Assembly: GCA_963717935.1 (NCBI GenBank)
Contig: CAVQXP010000004.1
Span: 1,760,001 to 1,824,000, forward strand
Origin: Candidatus Eiseniibacteriota bacterium
Lineage (GTDB): Bacteria > Eisenbacteria > RBG-16-71-46
Direction: 5' to 3'
Length of the DNA: 64,000 bases
Part shown: piece by piece, positions 1 to 9,112 of the stretch
How positions within the stretch are numbered: position 1 is the first letter of the stretch
Layout of the letters: every line of letters starts with the position of its first letter
Notes under the pieces: model-generated
What the model was told of the DNA's origin: nothing
Seen by the model: only the letters and a program-made list of their open reading frames with translations
The model's database searches: none
Translations under genes and position numbers: made by a program

Positions 1-83
1 CCTGAGCCCCGCGGCGAAGGTGGACGGGGGCGCGAGCCCCCGAGCAGACCCTCAGCGGGGCCCGGCCCCGGGGAGTGTGAACC

Positions 84-191
84 GTGAACGGCAACCTGGT
101 GGTACTCGGCGTGGCGCTGCTGGTGTGGGGACTGCTGTTCCTCTACCTGCTCCGGCTGGAGCGCCGCATCCGCGACCTGGAGAAGCGATGA
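84..191 (+). CDS. ccmD: CcmD-like small membrane protein (35 aa, MNGNLVVLGVALLVWGLLFLYLLRLERRIRDLEKR)
   Basis: Hand-translated from GTG at 84. One TM helix followed by a charged tail; ATGA overlap with ccmE. Too short for the ORF track. Confidence 0.75.
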   Translation: MNGNLVVLGVALLVWGLLFLYLLRLERRIRDLEKR

Positions 192-577
192 ACGTGAAGA
201 TCATCCTGGCCCTGGCGCTGGTGGCGGTCGGCGTTGCCGTCGGGGTGACGAGCTTCAAGAAGTCGGTGACGCCCTACCTCAGTTTCGCCGAGGCCCGACG
301 GAGCGCCGGGCTCGTGCAGGTGAACGGCGAGATCGCCGACAGGAACTACGTCCTCAAGCCGCTGGAGCAGTACCTGGAGTTCAACCTGCGGGACCAGAAG
401 GGCGAGGTGATGCCGGTCGTCTACCGTGGCGTCATCCCCGGCAACTTCGACCAGGCCACCATGGTGGTGGCCATCGGGCGCTACCGGGCGGGCCGTTTCC
501 AGGCGGAGCAGCTGTTGCTGAAGTGTCCCTCCAAGTACCAGGCCGAAGCTGACAGGCAGAAAGCGGCCCGAACTTGA
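188..577 (+). CDS. ccmE: Cytochrome c maturation heme chaperone CcmE, CxxxY type
   Basis: N-terminal TM anchor, V.Y.G.IP..F segment and C-terminal LLKCPSKY; lies between ccmD and ccmF. Confidence 0.92.
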   Translation: MNVKIILALALVAVGVAVGVTSFKKSVTPYLSFAEARRSAGLVQVNGEIADRNYVLKPLEQYLEFNLRDQKGEVMPVVYRGVIPGNFDQATMVVAIGRYRAGRFQAEQLLLKCPSKYQAEADRQKAART

Positions 578-2793
578 ATCCTGGACAGATCCTCGCCTGG
601 CTCGCCTTCCTGGCTTCGCTCACGGCCGGACTCGCGTGGCTCGCCGCCGTGGCGGGAGGCCGGCCGGCCGCCGGGCGCGTCGCCCGCGTGACCTTCCGCA
701 TCCAGTGGCTCGCGCTGGTCGCCGCCGCCGCGTTCCTCTGGCTCATCCTGTTCCGCCACGACTTCCGCTACCAGTACGTGGCCTCCTACTCCTCGATCGC
801 GATGCCGGCGCATTTCGTGTTCGCCGCCTTCTGGGGGGGGCAGGAGGGGACGTTCCTGCTCTGGGCGCTGCTCACGGCGACGCTGGGCCTCGTCCTGATG
901 CGGCTGCGGCACCCGCTGACCGAGGCGGCGATGGCCTTCCTGAACCTGCCGCTCGTCATGCTGGGGCTGGTGAGCGTGATGCGCGGGCCGTTCCTGAGGT
1001 TCCCGCCGGGGCGGGCGCCCCTGGACGGACAGGGGCTGAACCCGCTGCTCCAGGACCCGTGGATGACCATCCATCCGCCGGTGCTGTTCATCGGCATCGC
1101 GTCGCTCGCCGTGCCCTTCGCCATCGCCATGGCCGCGATGGTGAAGCGCGACTGGGACGGCTGGGTGAAGCTGGCCCTGCCGTGGGTGGTGTTCTCGACG
1201 GCGGTGCTGGCCACGGGCTTCATCATGGGCGGGGTGTGGGCGTACCGCGTGCTGGGTTGGGGCGGTTACTGGGGCTGGGACCCGGTCGAGAACGGCTCGC
1301 TCATCCCCTGGCTCGCGAACCTGGCGCTGCTGCACGGGCTGCTGGTGCAGCGCGTGACCGGCAGCCTGCGCCGGACGAACCTGTTCCTCGCCGTGACCGC
1401 CTTCGTCCTGGTCCTCTACGCCTCGTTCCTGACCCGCAGCGGCGTGCTGGCCGATTTCTCCGTGCACTCCTTCGCCAACCTCGGGCTCACCAGCTTCCTG
1501 CTCACCTTCCTGTTCGTGATCATCATCGCAGGCTACGGGTTGCTCGCCTTCCGCCTGCGCGGGATCCCGAGATCGCTGCAGCAGGTCGGCGGCTTCTCCC
1601 GCGAGTCCATGATGTGGCTCGGGCAGCTGGTGTTGCTGCTCATGTGCCTGCTGATCGCGGTCGGGATGAGCGCTCCGCTCCTCACCGGCCTGTTCGGGCC
1701 GCCCGCGAACGTGCAGACCTCGTACTACAACCTGGTGAACGCCCCGCTCGCGATCATCATGGGCCTGCTGCTGGGGCTCGGTCCGCTCATGCGCTGGCGC
1801 CGCCAGGATTCGCGGGCGCTCCTGCGCGCGGCGCTGCCGGCGCTGGTGCTGGCGGTGGCGTTCACCCTGGTCATCGTGGTGCGCGGGGTGCGGGAGGCCA
1901 TGCCCGCGGGCGTCATCTTCGCCGCGGCCTTCGCGCTGGCGGCCAACGCCGTGGTCGCGGTGCGCGGCTTCCGCGTCGGCTGGCGGCACGGGGCCGCGGC
2001 CCTCGGGCACCTGGGGGTGGCGATGCTGCTGATCGGCGTCGTGGCCTCGAGCGGCTACGGCGTCGCCGCGCAGGCGCAGCTGCCGCAGGGCGAGGAGCGC
2101 CAGGCGCTGGGCTACTCGCTCACGTACCAGGGGTTCGTGAAGGAACCCGACGGCAAGGGCCACGTCCGGATCGCCGTGAGCTCGCGGGAGGGCCGCTTCG
2201 AGGCCACGCCGGCGCTCTACTGGAGTGAGTTCAACCAGGGTTACATGAAGAAGCCGCACGTCGAGCGCTACCTGACGCACGACGTCTACATCTCGCCGCT
2301 CGAGATGGTGGACGAAGAGGACGCCGAGGGGGGCGCTGCCGGCGACGCCGTGTGGCTGGCGCCCGGCGAGACCCGGGAGGTGGGTTCGGCGAGCTACACC
2401 TTCGAGGGCTTCGACCCGCAGATGGGGCAGGTCGTGCGCCTCGCTGCGCGGCTGCGGGTCGAGCTGAACGGCCGCACGGTGCCTGCGCGGCCCGTGCTGG
2501 AGATCAACACCGCGACCGGCTCGCGCAACAGCATCCCGGCCTATCTGCCGGGCGGCTCCGCGGTCGAGATCGCGGACGCCGAGCCGGGCAGCGGGCGAGT
2601 GGCCCTGGTGCTGCCCGGGGCGGCGCAGCCCGGCAGGAGCAGCGTGCTGGCGGTGGAGGTGAGCACGAAACCGTTCATCAACCTCGTCTGGCTGGGCGCG
2701 CTCCTGATGCTCGGGAGCACGTTCCTGATCACGTTCCGCCGCGCGCGGGAGTTCGGGGATGTCAGTTCGGCAGGGGGGGCGAAGACGGCGTAG
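574..2793 (+). CDS. ccmF: Cytochrome c biogenesis heme lyase CcmF/NrfE
   Basis: WGGQEG, GLNPLLQ..WMTIHPP, WGGYWGWDPVEN and TRSGV..SVHSF motifs; many TM helices. Confidence 0.95.
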   Translation: MNPGQILAWLAFLASLTAGLAWLAAVAGGRPAAGRVARVTFRIQWLALVAAAAFLWLILFRHDFRYQYVASYSSIAMPAHFVFAAFWGGQEGTFLLWALLTATLGLVLMRLRHPLTEAAMAFLNLPLVMLGLVSVMRGPFLRFPPGRAPLDGQGLNPLLQDPWMTIHPPVLFIGIASLAVPFAIAMAAMVKRDWDGWVKLALPWVVFSTAVLATGFIMGGVWAYRVLGWGGYWGWDPVENGSLIPWLANLALLHGLLVQRVTGSLRRTNLFLAVTAFVLVLYASFLTRSGVLADFSVHSFANLGLTSFLLTFLFVIIIAGYGLLAFRLRGIPRSLQQVGGFSRESMMWLGQLVLLLMCLLIAVGMSAPLLTGLFGPPANVQTSYYNLVNAPLAIIMGLLLGLGPLMRWRRQDSRALLRAALPALVLAVAFTLVIVVRGVREAMPAGVIFAAAFALAANAVVAVRGFRVGWRHGAAALGHLGVAMLLIGVVASSGYGVAAQAQLPQGEERQALGYSLTYQGFVKEPDGKGHVRIAVSSREGRFEATPALYWSEFNQGYMKKPHVERYLTHDVYISPLEMVDEEDAEGGAAGDAVWLAPGETREVGSASYTFEGFDPQMGQVVRLAARLRVELNGRTVPARPVLEINTATGSRNSIPAYLPGGSAVEIADAEPGSGRVALVLPGAAQPGRSSVLAVEVSTKPFINLVWLGALLMLGSTFLITFRRAREFGDVSSAGGAKTA

Positions 2794-2826
2794 GCGGGCG
2801 GGGTGGATGGTGCAGGCGAAGGGTGG

Positions 2827-2863
2827 GGGCCCGGGCTCGATGCAGAGCCCGGGCCCTTTTCTT
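2827..2863 (+). terminator. Rho-independent terminator after ccmF
   Basis: 12-bp stem GGGCCCGGGCTC/GAGCCCGGGCCC with a 6-nt loop, followed by TTTTCTT. Confidence 0.85.
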
Positions 2864-2865
2864 CC

Positions 2866-2894
2866 TTGGCAACTGCACGGATGTGCAGTATCTT
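2866..2894 (+). promoter_or_regulatory. Sigma70-type promoter with a palindromic operator (candidate LexA/SOS box) in the spacer
   Basis: TTGGCA-N17-TATCTT. Perfect inverted repeat ACTGCAC-GGAT-GTGCAGT at 2872-2889, upstream of the dinB operon. Confidence 0.7.
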
Positions 2895-2901
2895 CAGCCC
2901 G

Positions 2902-3171
2902 GTGTCCAGACCCGCGAGGTTCGAATCGCTCAGCGACCCCGTGGACGTGCTCACGGTGTTCGTGGCCGGCAAGGTGAAGCCCCTGCGCTTCCGTTGGCAG
3001 GGCCGGGTCATCCGCGTGCGCAAGGTGAGTGGAGAGTGGACCCGCCGCGAAGGCCAGGCCCTGCTGCGTTATTACGCGGTGGAGGGTGCTGCGGCCGGGA
3101 CCTACGAGCTCTGCTTCGACGCCCGGGGCCCGGGTTGGATCCTCTCGCGGGCCTGGCCCGCAGGGGCATGA
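2902..3171 (+). CDS. Small beta-rich protein, DUF6504-like (Y-family polymerase-associated)
   Basis: Pattern P.RFRWQGR...V....GEW...YYAV....YEL.FD....W.L. GTG at 2902 lies 7 nt after the -10 box; the start is uncertain (ATG 2881 is an alternative). Confidence 0.6.
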   Translation: MSRPARFESLSDPVDVLTVFVAGKVKPLRFRWQGRVIRVRKVSGEWTRREGQALLRYYAVEGAAAGTYELCFDARGPGWILSRAWPAGA

Positions 3172-3211
3172 AAAAGGAGGGAGGGCTGCCGCGGCTCCGT
3201 GGCGGCCCCGG

Positions 3212-4441
3212 ATGGCCATGTGGATCCTGCTCGCGGACATGGACGCCTTCTTCGCCTCGGTCGAGCAACTCGACCGTCCCCACCTGAGGGGCCGGCCCGT
3301 CGTCGTCTGCGGCGACCCGGGACGGCGTGGCGTGGTGACCGCGGCCTCGTACGAGGCGCGGCCCTCGGGTGTGCGGGCCGGGATGAGCCTGGCCGAGGCG
3401 CGCCGTCTCTGCCCGGGGGCCGAGTACGTCGAGGGCCATCCGGAGCGCTACGTCGCGCTCTCGCTCCAACTGCTCGACCTGTATCTCTCGTTCACGCCGG
3501 ACGTGGAGCCCTTCAGCGTGGACGAGGCGTTCCTCGGCCTCGATCCGAAGGAGGCGACGCTCGATCAGGCCGAGGCCGTGGCGCGGCGCGTGCAGCATGC
3601 GGTGGACGAGCGTTTCCGGCTCGGGGTCTCGGTCGGCGTGGGCCCGAACAAGCTGGTGGCCAAGATGGCGGCGGGGCTCGGAAAGCCGCGCGGCCTCACG
3701 GCTCTGGACGAGGAAGGCTTCCGCCGGGCCTTCTGGCCGCTCGAAGTGCAGGAGTTGTGGGGCGTGGGACCGAAGCTCGCCGGGCGCATGCGGTCGCTCG
3801 GGATCATGACCGTCGGCGATCTCGCCCGCGCCCCCGTCCCGTCCCTCAAGGCTGCCTTCGGTGTGGTGGGCCCGTCGCTGCGCGAGGCCGCCTGGGGAAG
3901 GGACGACACGCCGCTGGTGCCCTACCATCAAGGCGCGGACCCGAAGTCCATGGGGCACGAGGTCACCCTGTCGGCGGACTCGGCCGATCCCGCCTTCCTC
4001 GAGGGGACGCTGCTCCGGCTCGCGGACCAGGTGGCCCGACGGCTCCGCGGCGGGGGTTTCGTCGGCCGGACCGTGACCCTGAGGCTGCGCGACGAGCGCT
4101 TCGTGACGGTGACCCGGCAGCGCGCGCTGGAAGGCTACACCGACGACCATCGGCTCATCTTCGAGACCGCGCGCGCCCTGTGGCGTGCCCACTGGCAGGG
4201 CGGGCCTCTGAGGCTGTTGGGCGTGAGCGTCTCGGCGCTCGAGCGGGGGAGGGAGCACCCGCAGGCCGAGCTGTTCGAGGAGGACCGGCGGGAGGATCGC
4301 CTGACGAAGACGCTCGACCGCCTGCGCGACCGCATGGGCGAGGCCGCGCTCGTCCCCGCCGGCTCGCTCACGCATCGGCGCGCCCTCGGCCACGTGCCCT
4401 TCGGTGCGCGTCCCGGCCGCGGCAGGGAGGAGGCGGGATGA
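3212..4441 (+). CDS. dinB: DNA polymerase IV (Y family)
   Basis: DMDAFFASVEQ, AASYEAR, SVDEAFL, NKLVAKMA, LWGVG, KSMGHE and LRLLGV motifs. Confidence 0.95.
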   Translation: MAMWILLADMDAFFASVEQLDRPHLRGRPVVVCGDPGRRGVVTAASYEARPSGVRAGMSLAEARRLCPGAEYVEGHPERYVALSLQLLDLYLSFTPDVEPFSVDEAFLGLDPKEATLDQAEAVARRVQHAVDERFRLGVSVGVGPNKLVAKMAAGLGKPRGLTALDEEGFRRAFWPLEVQELWGVGPKLAGRMRSLGIMTVGDLARAPVPSLKAAFGVVGPSLREAAWGRDDTPLVPYHQGADPKSMGHEVTLSADSADPAFLEGTLLRLADQVARRLRGGGFVGRTVTLRLRDERFVTVTRQRALEGYTDDHRLIFETARALWRAHWQGGPLRLLGVSVSALERGREHPQAELFEEDRREDRLTKTLDRLRDRMGEAALVPAGSLTHRRALGHVPFGARPGRGREEAG

Positions 4442-5352
4442 GCACCGGCGATCTGTTCGCGGGCTTCCCCGAGAAGGAAGCGCCCCGTCCCGCAGACCCC
4501 GGCCGGCGCATCCTCATCGGGACCTCGGGCTATTCCTTCGCGGACTGGGTGGGGCCCTTCTACCCGCCGGGCACGCGGCCGGGCGACTTCCTGCCATTCT
4601 ACGCGCGGCACTTCGACACGGTCGAGGTCAACTCCACGTACTACCGCGTCCCGTCTCCCGGGGCGATCGAGCGGATGGAGCGGAAGACCCCGCCCGGCTT
4701 CCGCTTCATGGTCAAGGTGAACCAGGCCATGACCCACGAGCGCTCGCTGGAGGCGGGCCTGGTGCGCGATTTCCGCGCCGCGCTCGGGCCGCTCAAGGCC
4801 GCAGGCAAGTACGAAGGCCTGCTGGCGCAGTTTCCCTGGGGCTTCCGCCGCACCACGGAGAACGAGTCCCACCTCGCCGCCCTGCGGGAGTCGCTCGCGG
4901 ACGAGCCGCTGTTCGTCGAGTTCCGCCACGCCTCGTGGGCCGCGCCGGACCTCGCCGGCTGGCTGCGGGATCGGCGCCTCGGCTTCTGTGCGGTGGACGA
5001 GCCGCGGCTCGAGAGCCTGATGCCCCCGGTGGCCATGGTGACCGGGGACGACGCCTACGTGCGCTTCCATGGCCGCAACGCGAAGAACTGGTGGGGAAGC
5101 CGGCCCTCCGCCGCGGTGGGCGCCGTTCCCCGGGGGACGGGAGTGGTGACCGGGGACCGTTACGACTACGAGTACAGGGCGGACGAGCTGAAGGAGTGGG
5201 CTCAGAAGGTGCGCGAACTCGCCGGGCAGGCGCGTCGGACCTATCTCTTCTTCAACAACTGCCACGCGGGGCAGGCGGCGCGCAGCGCGAAGCTCATGCA
5301 GGAGCTGCTGAGGCAGCAGGATCCGCCGGCTCGATCAGGCAGCACCTCCTGA
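4438..5352 (+). CDS. DUF72 (YecE-like) TIM-barrel protein
   Basis: IGTSGYS..W.G.FYP, VEVNSTYY, EFRH.SW, YVRFHGRN, RYDYEY and FFNN motifs; ATGA overlap with dinB. Confidence 0.92.
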   Translation: MSTGDLFAGFPEKEAPRPADPGRRILIGTSGYSFADWVGPFYPPGTRPGDFLPFYARHFDTVEVNSTYYRVPSPGAIERMERKTPPGFRFMVKVNQAMTHERSLEAGLVRDFRAALGPLKAAGKYEGLLAQFPWGFRRTTENESHLAALRESLADEPLFVEFRHASWAAPDLAGWLRDRRLGFCAVDEPRLESLMPPVAMVTGDDAYVRFHGRNAKNWWGSRPSAAVGAVPRGTGVVTGDRYDYEYRADELKEWAQKVRELAGQARRTYLFFNNCHAGQAARSAKLMQELLRQQDPPARSGSTS

Positions 5353-5362
5353 CGAGGCCCCC

Positions 5363-5406
5363 GATCGAAACGGCCATCCCCGCGAGCGGGGATGGCCGTT
5401 TCGATC
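5363..5406. terminator. Long perfect hairpin between convergent genes (probable bidirectional terminator)
   Basis: GATCGAAACGGCCATCCCCGC-GA-GCGGGGATGGCCGTTTCGATC. Confidence 0.75.
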
Positions 5407-5421
5407 AGGCTCTTGCCGGAG

Positions 5422-6138
5422 CTAGCGGTAGATCGACTTGAGCGTGCCCCAGGTCGAGGGGTGGGCCGGCGTGGCGCAGTCGGCGTTGATCTTCACGATG
5501 ATGTCGTTGACGTGACCCCAGGTGCCGAACTGGTGGAGGTCATCCGCCGGCGAGCAGTCGGGGGCGAGGAACGCCGGATACGAGGCCGGCTTGGTGAGGT
5601 AGGGCGTCTCGCCGGTCCCGAAGCCGTTCGCCATGGCGAGGTCCAGGGTGCAACCGATCTCGAACACGCCGGTCGTCGTGCCCGTGAAGCTGGACGCGAT
5701 GGGGATGAAGTCGATGAGCTGCACCTGGCTGACGATGGAGGTGACGTTGAGCGTGCCCGAGCCCGAGCCCCAGGCCACCGCCGGATCCGAGTAGAGCTCG
5801 AACGTCCCGCCCAGGAAGGTCTGGTGATAGGTGATGAGGCCGGTCCCGGTGACCGAGTCGTAGAGCGAATAGTCGGGCGGCACCGATGTCATCTCGACAC
5901 CGCACTTGATCTCCCACTGCGTGCCCAGCACGTATTCGTCCCAGGACTGCCCATGGAAGACCTTCGGGTTCCCGGAGTTGGGGAGCGGGCGCGACGTGGA
6001 CGCGCGTCCGATCTGCACGCCGGGGATCATCCCGGGGCGCGACGTGGACGTGTAGATGCCCGGCACCGGATCTGCGAACGCGGCGAGTGACGCCAGCAGG
6101 AAGAGGACGACGAGCGAGATGGAGGAGCAGCAGCGCAT
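5422..6138 (-). CDS. Secreted hypothetical protein with C-terminal STWGTLKSIYR motif
   Basis: Signal peptide ending AFA, beta-rich body, typical codon usage, upstream GAGG RBS. Confidence 0.8.
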   Translation of the reverse strand: MRCCSSISLVVLFLLASLAAFADPVPGIYTSTSRPGMIPGVQIGRASTSRPLPNSGNPKVFHGQSWDEYVLGTQWEIKCGVEMTSVPPDYSLYDSVTGTGLITYHQTFLGGTFELYSDPAVAWGSGSGTLNVTSIVSQVQLIDFIPIASSFTGTTTGVFEIGCTLDLAMANGFGTGETPYLTKPASYPAFLAPDCSPADDLHQFGTWGHVNDIIVKINADCATPAHPSTWGTLKSIYR

Positions 6139-6392
6139 AGGGTGGCCTCGCGGAAAGAGTCGGTCCAGGGCCGAGGGGCCCGCAAGTCGTTCCGGATGCG
6201 GCCGACGACTGCGGTGACTCTAGCACAGCGGGAAGTGACCTGAGCAGTGGAATACGCTCGGAGCGCGGCTCCGTCGGTACGGAGGGAGCGCCAACCCTAT
6301 GCAATGTGACGTGGTGTCTCGCGGAGGAGACGCCGGAACCTGCCGCGTGGCAGATGGGGGCTGGCGAATCCCGGGTCTGCCGGGCGCGCTGG

Positions 6393-7436
6393 CTAGCTGT
6401 CCACCTCCCCGCGCTGCTCCCTGGCGAGCGCCGGGTGCCGTCCCTGGATGAACTCCTCACACTCGCGCACATCGCGGATGCTGCCGAGGAAGAGCGGCGT
6501 GCGCTCGTGCAGCGAGGCGGGCGCGATGTCCATGATGCGGCGCATGCCGTCGCTGGCTGCGCCCCCCGCCTGCTCCGCGACGAAGGCGAGCGGGGCCGCC
6601 TCGTAGAGCACGCGCAGCTTGCCCTTCGGGCTCTTCCGGCTCGCGGGGTAGAGGAAGATGCCGCCGTAGAGCAGGTTCCGGTGGAAGTCCGCGACCAGCG
6701 AACCGATGTAGCGCCCGCTGTATGGATGTCGGTTCGCGGCATCATCGGCCTTGAGCCAGTCCACGTAGCGCCGCACCTCATCGGACCAGAAGGCGTAGTT
6801 GCCCTCGTTGGTGCTGTAGATGTGGCCGCGCGCCGGCGTGCGGATGTCCGGCTCGGAGAGCAGGAACTCGCCGATGCTGGGCTCGTAGGTGAAACCATGC
6901 ACGCCGTTGCCCGTCGTGTAGACCAGCATCGTGCTCGAGCCGTACATCACGTAGCCCGCGGCCAGTTGCCGCTGCCCGGGCTGCAGGCAGTCCTGCAACG
7001 TGCCGTTCCCCTCGCGGGTGATCCGCGGCAGGATGGAGAAGATGGTCCCGATGTTGACGTTGGCGCCGATGTTCGAGGAGCCGTCGAGCGGGTCGAAGTT
7101 GACCACGTAGCTGCCCGGCCGCTGTCCCGGCAGCACGGGCACGATCCCCTCGTCCTCCTCCGACGCGAGCACGGCGAGCTGGCCGGTCGATCCCAGCAGG
7201 CGGTGCAGGGTCTCGTGGGCGTAGCGGTCGAGCCGCTGCACGCGCTCACCGTGCACGTTCTCCTCGCCGGTCTCGCCGACGATGTCCACGAGCCCCGCGC
7301 GGACGACCAACCGGTTGATCATCTTCGCAGCGAGGGCGATCTCCATCAGGAGGTCGGTGAACTCACCCGAGGCCTCCGGGTGCTGGTCCTCCTGCTGGAG
7401 GATGAACTGCGACAGGGGCAGCGCGGTCTTCAGCAC
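6393..7436 (-). CDS. fbp: Fructose-1,6-bisphosphatase class 1
   Basis: ASEE, FDPLDGSSNI, AAGYVMYG, RYIGSLVADFHR and KLRVLYEAAP motifs. Start is GTG 7436 or 7442. Confidence 0.95.
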   Translation of the reverse strand: MLKTALPLSQFILQQEDQHPEASGEFTDLLMEIALAAKMINRLVVRAGLVDIVGETGEENVHGERVQRLDRYAHETLHRLLGSTGQLAVLASEEDEGIVPVLPGQRPGSYVVNFDPLDGSSNIGANVNIGTIFSILPRITREGNGTLQDCLQPGQRQLAAGYVMYGSSTMLVYTTGNGVHGFTYEPSIGEFLLSEPDIRTPARGHIYSTNEGNYAFWSDEVRRYVDWLKADDAANRHPYSGRYIGSLVADFHRNLLYGGIFLYPASRKSPKGKLRVLYEAAPLAFVAEQAGGAASDGMRRIMDIAPASLHERTPLFLGSIRDVRECEEFIQGRHPALAREQRGEVDS

Positions 7437-7444
7437 CCTCACTC

Positions 7445-8836
7445 CTAGTCGGCGAGGCCCGTGACGTCCTCGTGGCCGCGCACGTCGCCGGCCGCGCCGA
7501 TCACCGGATAGGAGCCCGGCACGAACGGGGCGTATTTCGCCGCCACTGCCGCCGTGCCCGGGACCTGCAGTTTCTGCAACAGGAAGCGGAACTTGTCCTC
7601 GAGCGTCCGGCCGATCGTCGCGCGCACCGGCGCCGGCAGGTTCCAGAGTTCGCGCTTGAACAGGCCATTGGCCTTCTTGCGCGTCTTGTAGAAGAACTGC
7701 TCGTCGGTGTCGCCCGCCTTGCGCTCGTCGGCCGCCACCACGCGCAGGCGCTCGTAGATCGCGCGCTTCAGGTCGCCGGGGAAGTCCGGGTGGTCGTAGA
7801 TCATGTTCTGGAACTCGGTCGCGAGGTGGATCTCCGCCGCGCCCAGCTTCGGGAAGCGGTCGAAGAGTTCGGCGGGCAGGGTCGAGGCACCGTGCTGCAC
7901 GGCCCCGGCCATCCCGTAACGCTCGATCGCGAGCTTCGAGAGCGCCTCGATCACGCCGAAGTCCACCTTCACCTGGGCCACGGTCCCGTCCGGCAGCGGC
8001 ACGCCGCCGTGCGATGTCCCGGTCTGGATCGAGATCTTGCTGATGCCCTGCGTGCCGTGGGCAAGACGCTCGAGTGCCTCGCGGTAGACCTTCATGAATG
8101 CATCCAACTCCTCGGGCGTCGAATTGTGGCCGCCCACCTCGCCGATCTCGCCGCCGATCGAGATGGTCACGCCCTTCGGCTGGAGACCGCGGATGAAGGC
8201 GGTGAGCCCGGCGCACAGGCTGCCGTTCAGCTCCTGCTGGGCCTCGAGGTCGGTCTTCGAGAGGTCCACCAGCGTCGAGGTGTCGATGTCGATGTTGTAG
8301 AAGCCCGCGGCGACGGCCTCGCGGCTGAGGTCGCGCACCGCCTGCAGCTCGGCGTCGGGGTCTGCGGCGTATTTCTTCGCGTTGACCTGGAAGTGGTCGC
8401 CCTGGATGAAGATCGGGCCCTTGCAGCCCTCCCGCAGGGCCGCGGCAAGCATCACGACGGTGTACTCGGCGGGGCGCTGGTCGGTGTAGCTGCACTCGGA
8501 GCGGGCGATCTCGCAGATCACGGCGCCGGCGTCCAGCGCCTTGCGCGCGCGCATCAGCGCGCGCGCGGAGTCGTAGGCCATGCCGCGGATGTTGATGGCG
8601 GGCACGGTGAAGTCCGGGGGCAGCTCGCGGCGGCCGCGTGCGGCGTAGAGGGCCTGGATCGACGCCGGGTAGACGCCGGCCGCGCGCGCCTGTTCCAGCA
8701 CCGCCGCGCGGGCGTGGTCGCGCAACTCGCCAGTGCCGAACACGCCGGTCCAGACCAGTCGGTCGAGGGCGTCGCCGTTGCCCGTCGCGAGGGCGGCGGT
8801 GGCGTGGCGGATCTCTTCGAGGCTCTTGAGTTCCAT
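7445..8836 (-). CDS. fba: Class II fructose-bisphosphate aldolase (long form, 463 aa)
   Basis: VPAINIRG, QGDH, GGEIGEVGG, TGTSHGG and VQHGAS metal-binding motifs; directly upstream of fbp. Confidence 0.88.
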   Translation of the reverse strand: MELKSLEEIRHATAALATGNGDALDRLVWTGVFGTGELRDHARAAVLEQARAAGVYPASIQALYAARGRRELPPDFTVPAINIRGMAYDSARALMRARKALDAGAVICEIARSECSYTDQRPAEYTVVMLAAALREGCKGPIFIQGDHFQVNAKKYAADPDAELQAVRDLSREAVAAGFYNIDIDTSTLVDLSKTDLEAQQELNGSLCAGLTAFIRGLQPKGVTISIGGEIGEVGGHNSTPEELDAFMKVYREALERLAHGTQGISKISIQTGTSHGGVPLPDGTVAQVKVDFGVIEALSKLAIERYGMAGAVQHGASTLPAELFDRFPKLGAAEIHLATEFQNMIYDHPDFPGDLKRAIYERLRVVAADERKAGDTDEQFFYKTRKKANGLFKRELWNLPAPVRATIGRTLEDKFRFLLQKLQVPGTAAVAAKYAPFVPGSYPVIGAAGDVRGHEDVTGLAD

Positions 8837-9112
8837 AGGGCGCTGGTCTCCTGTGGGCGCACGGCGGCGATGGCAGAGGAATGCCGGCCGCGGCGCCGAA
8901 AGGGTCCGGGGCTGCGGAAAGTCGGCCGCAGTATACCCTGATGCGCCGACGGGCTGCCATACGGCACGCGAGACGACGGCGGGAGCGGAGACGGCCGAAG
9001 GGCGAGCCTGTAGGCGCAGGGCGAGCGGCGGGATGGCGCGCGCGGTTGACACCGCCAGGGCGAGCCGTTTCAATCGCTGCGGTCCTTCCCGTCCGACTGC
9101 CGAGGAGCGCGC

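Noticed and set aside
481..3240. Long antisense or alternate-frame ORFs (e.g. 481-3240, 24513-28010, 36030-38942, 39715-41835, 40782-42788)
   Set aside because: Mostly Arg/Pro/Ala-rich shadow frames of real genes, expected at this GC content. Only embedded pieces, such as the miaB and acylase N-termini in 24513-28010, are real.
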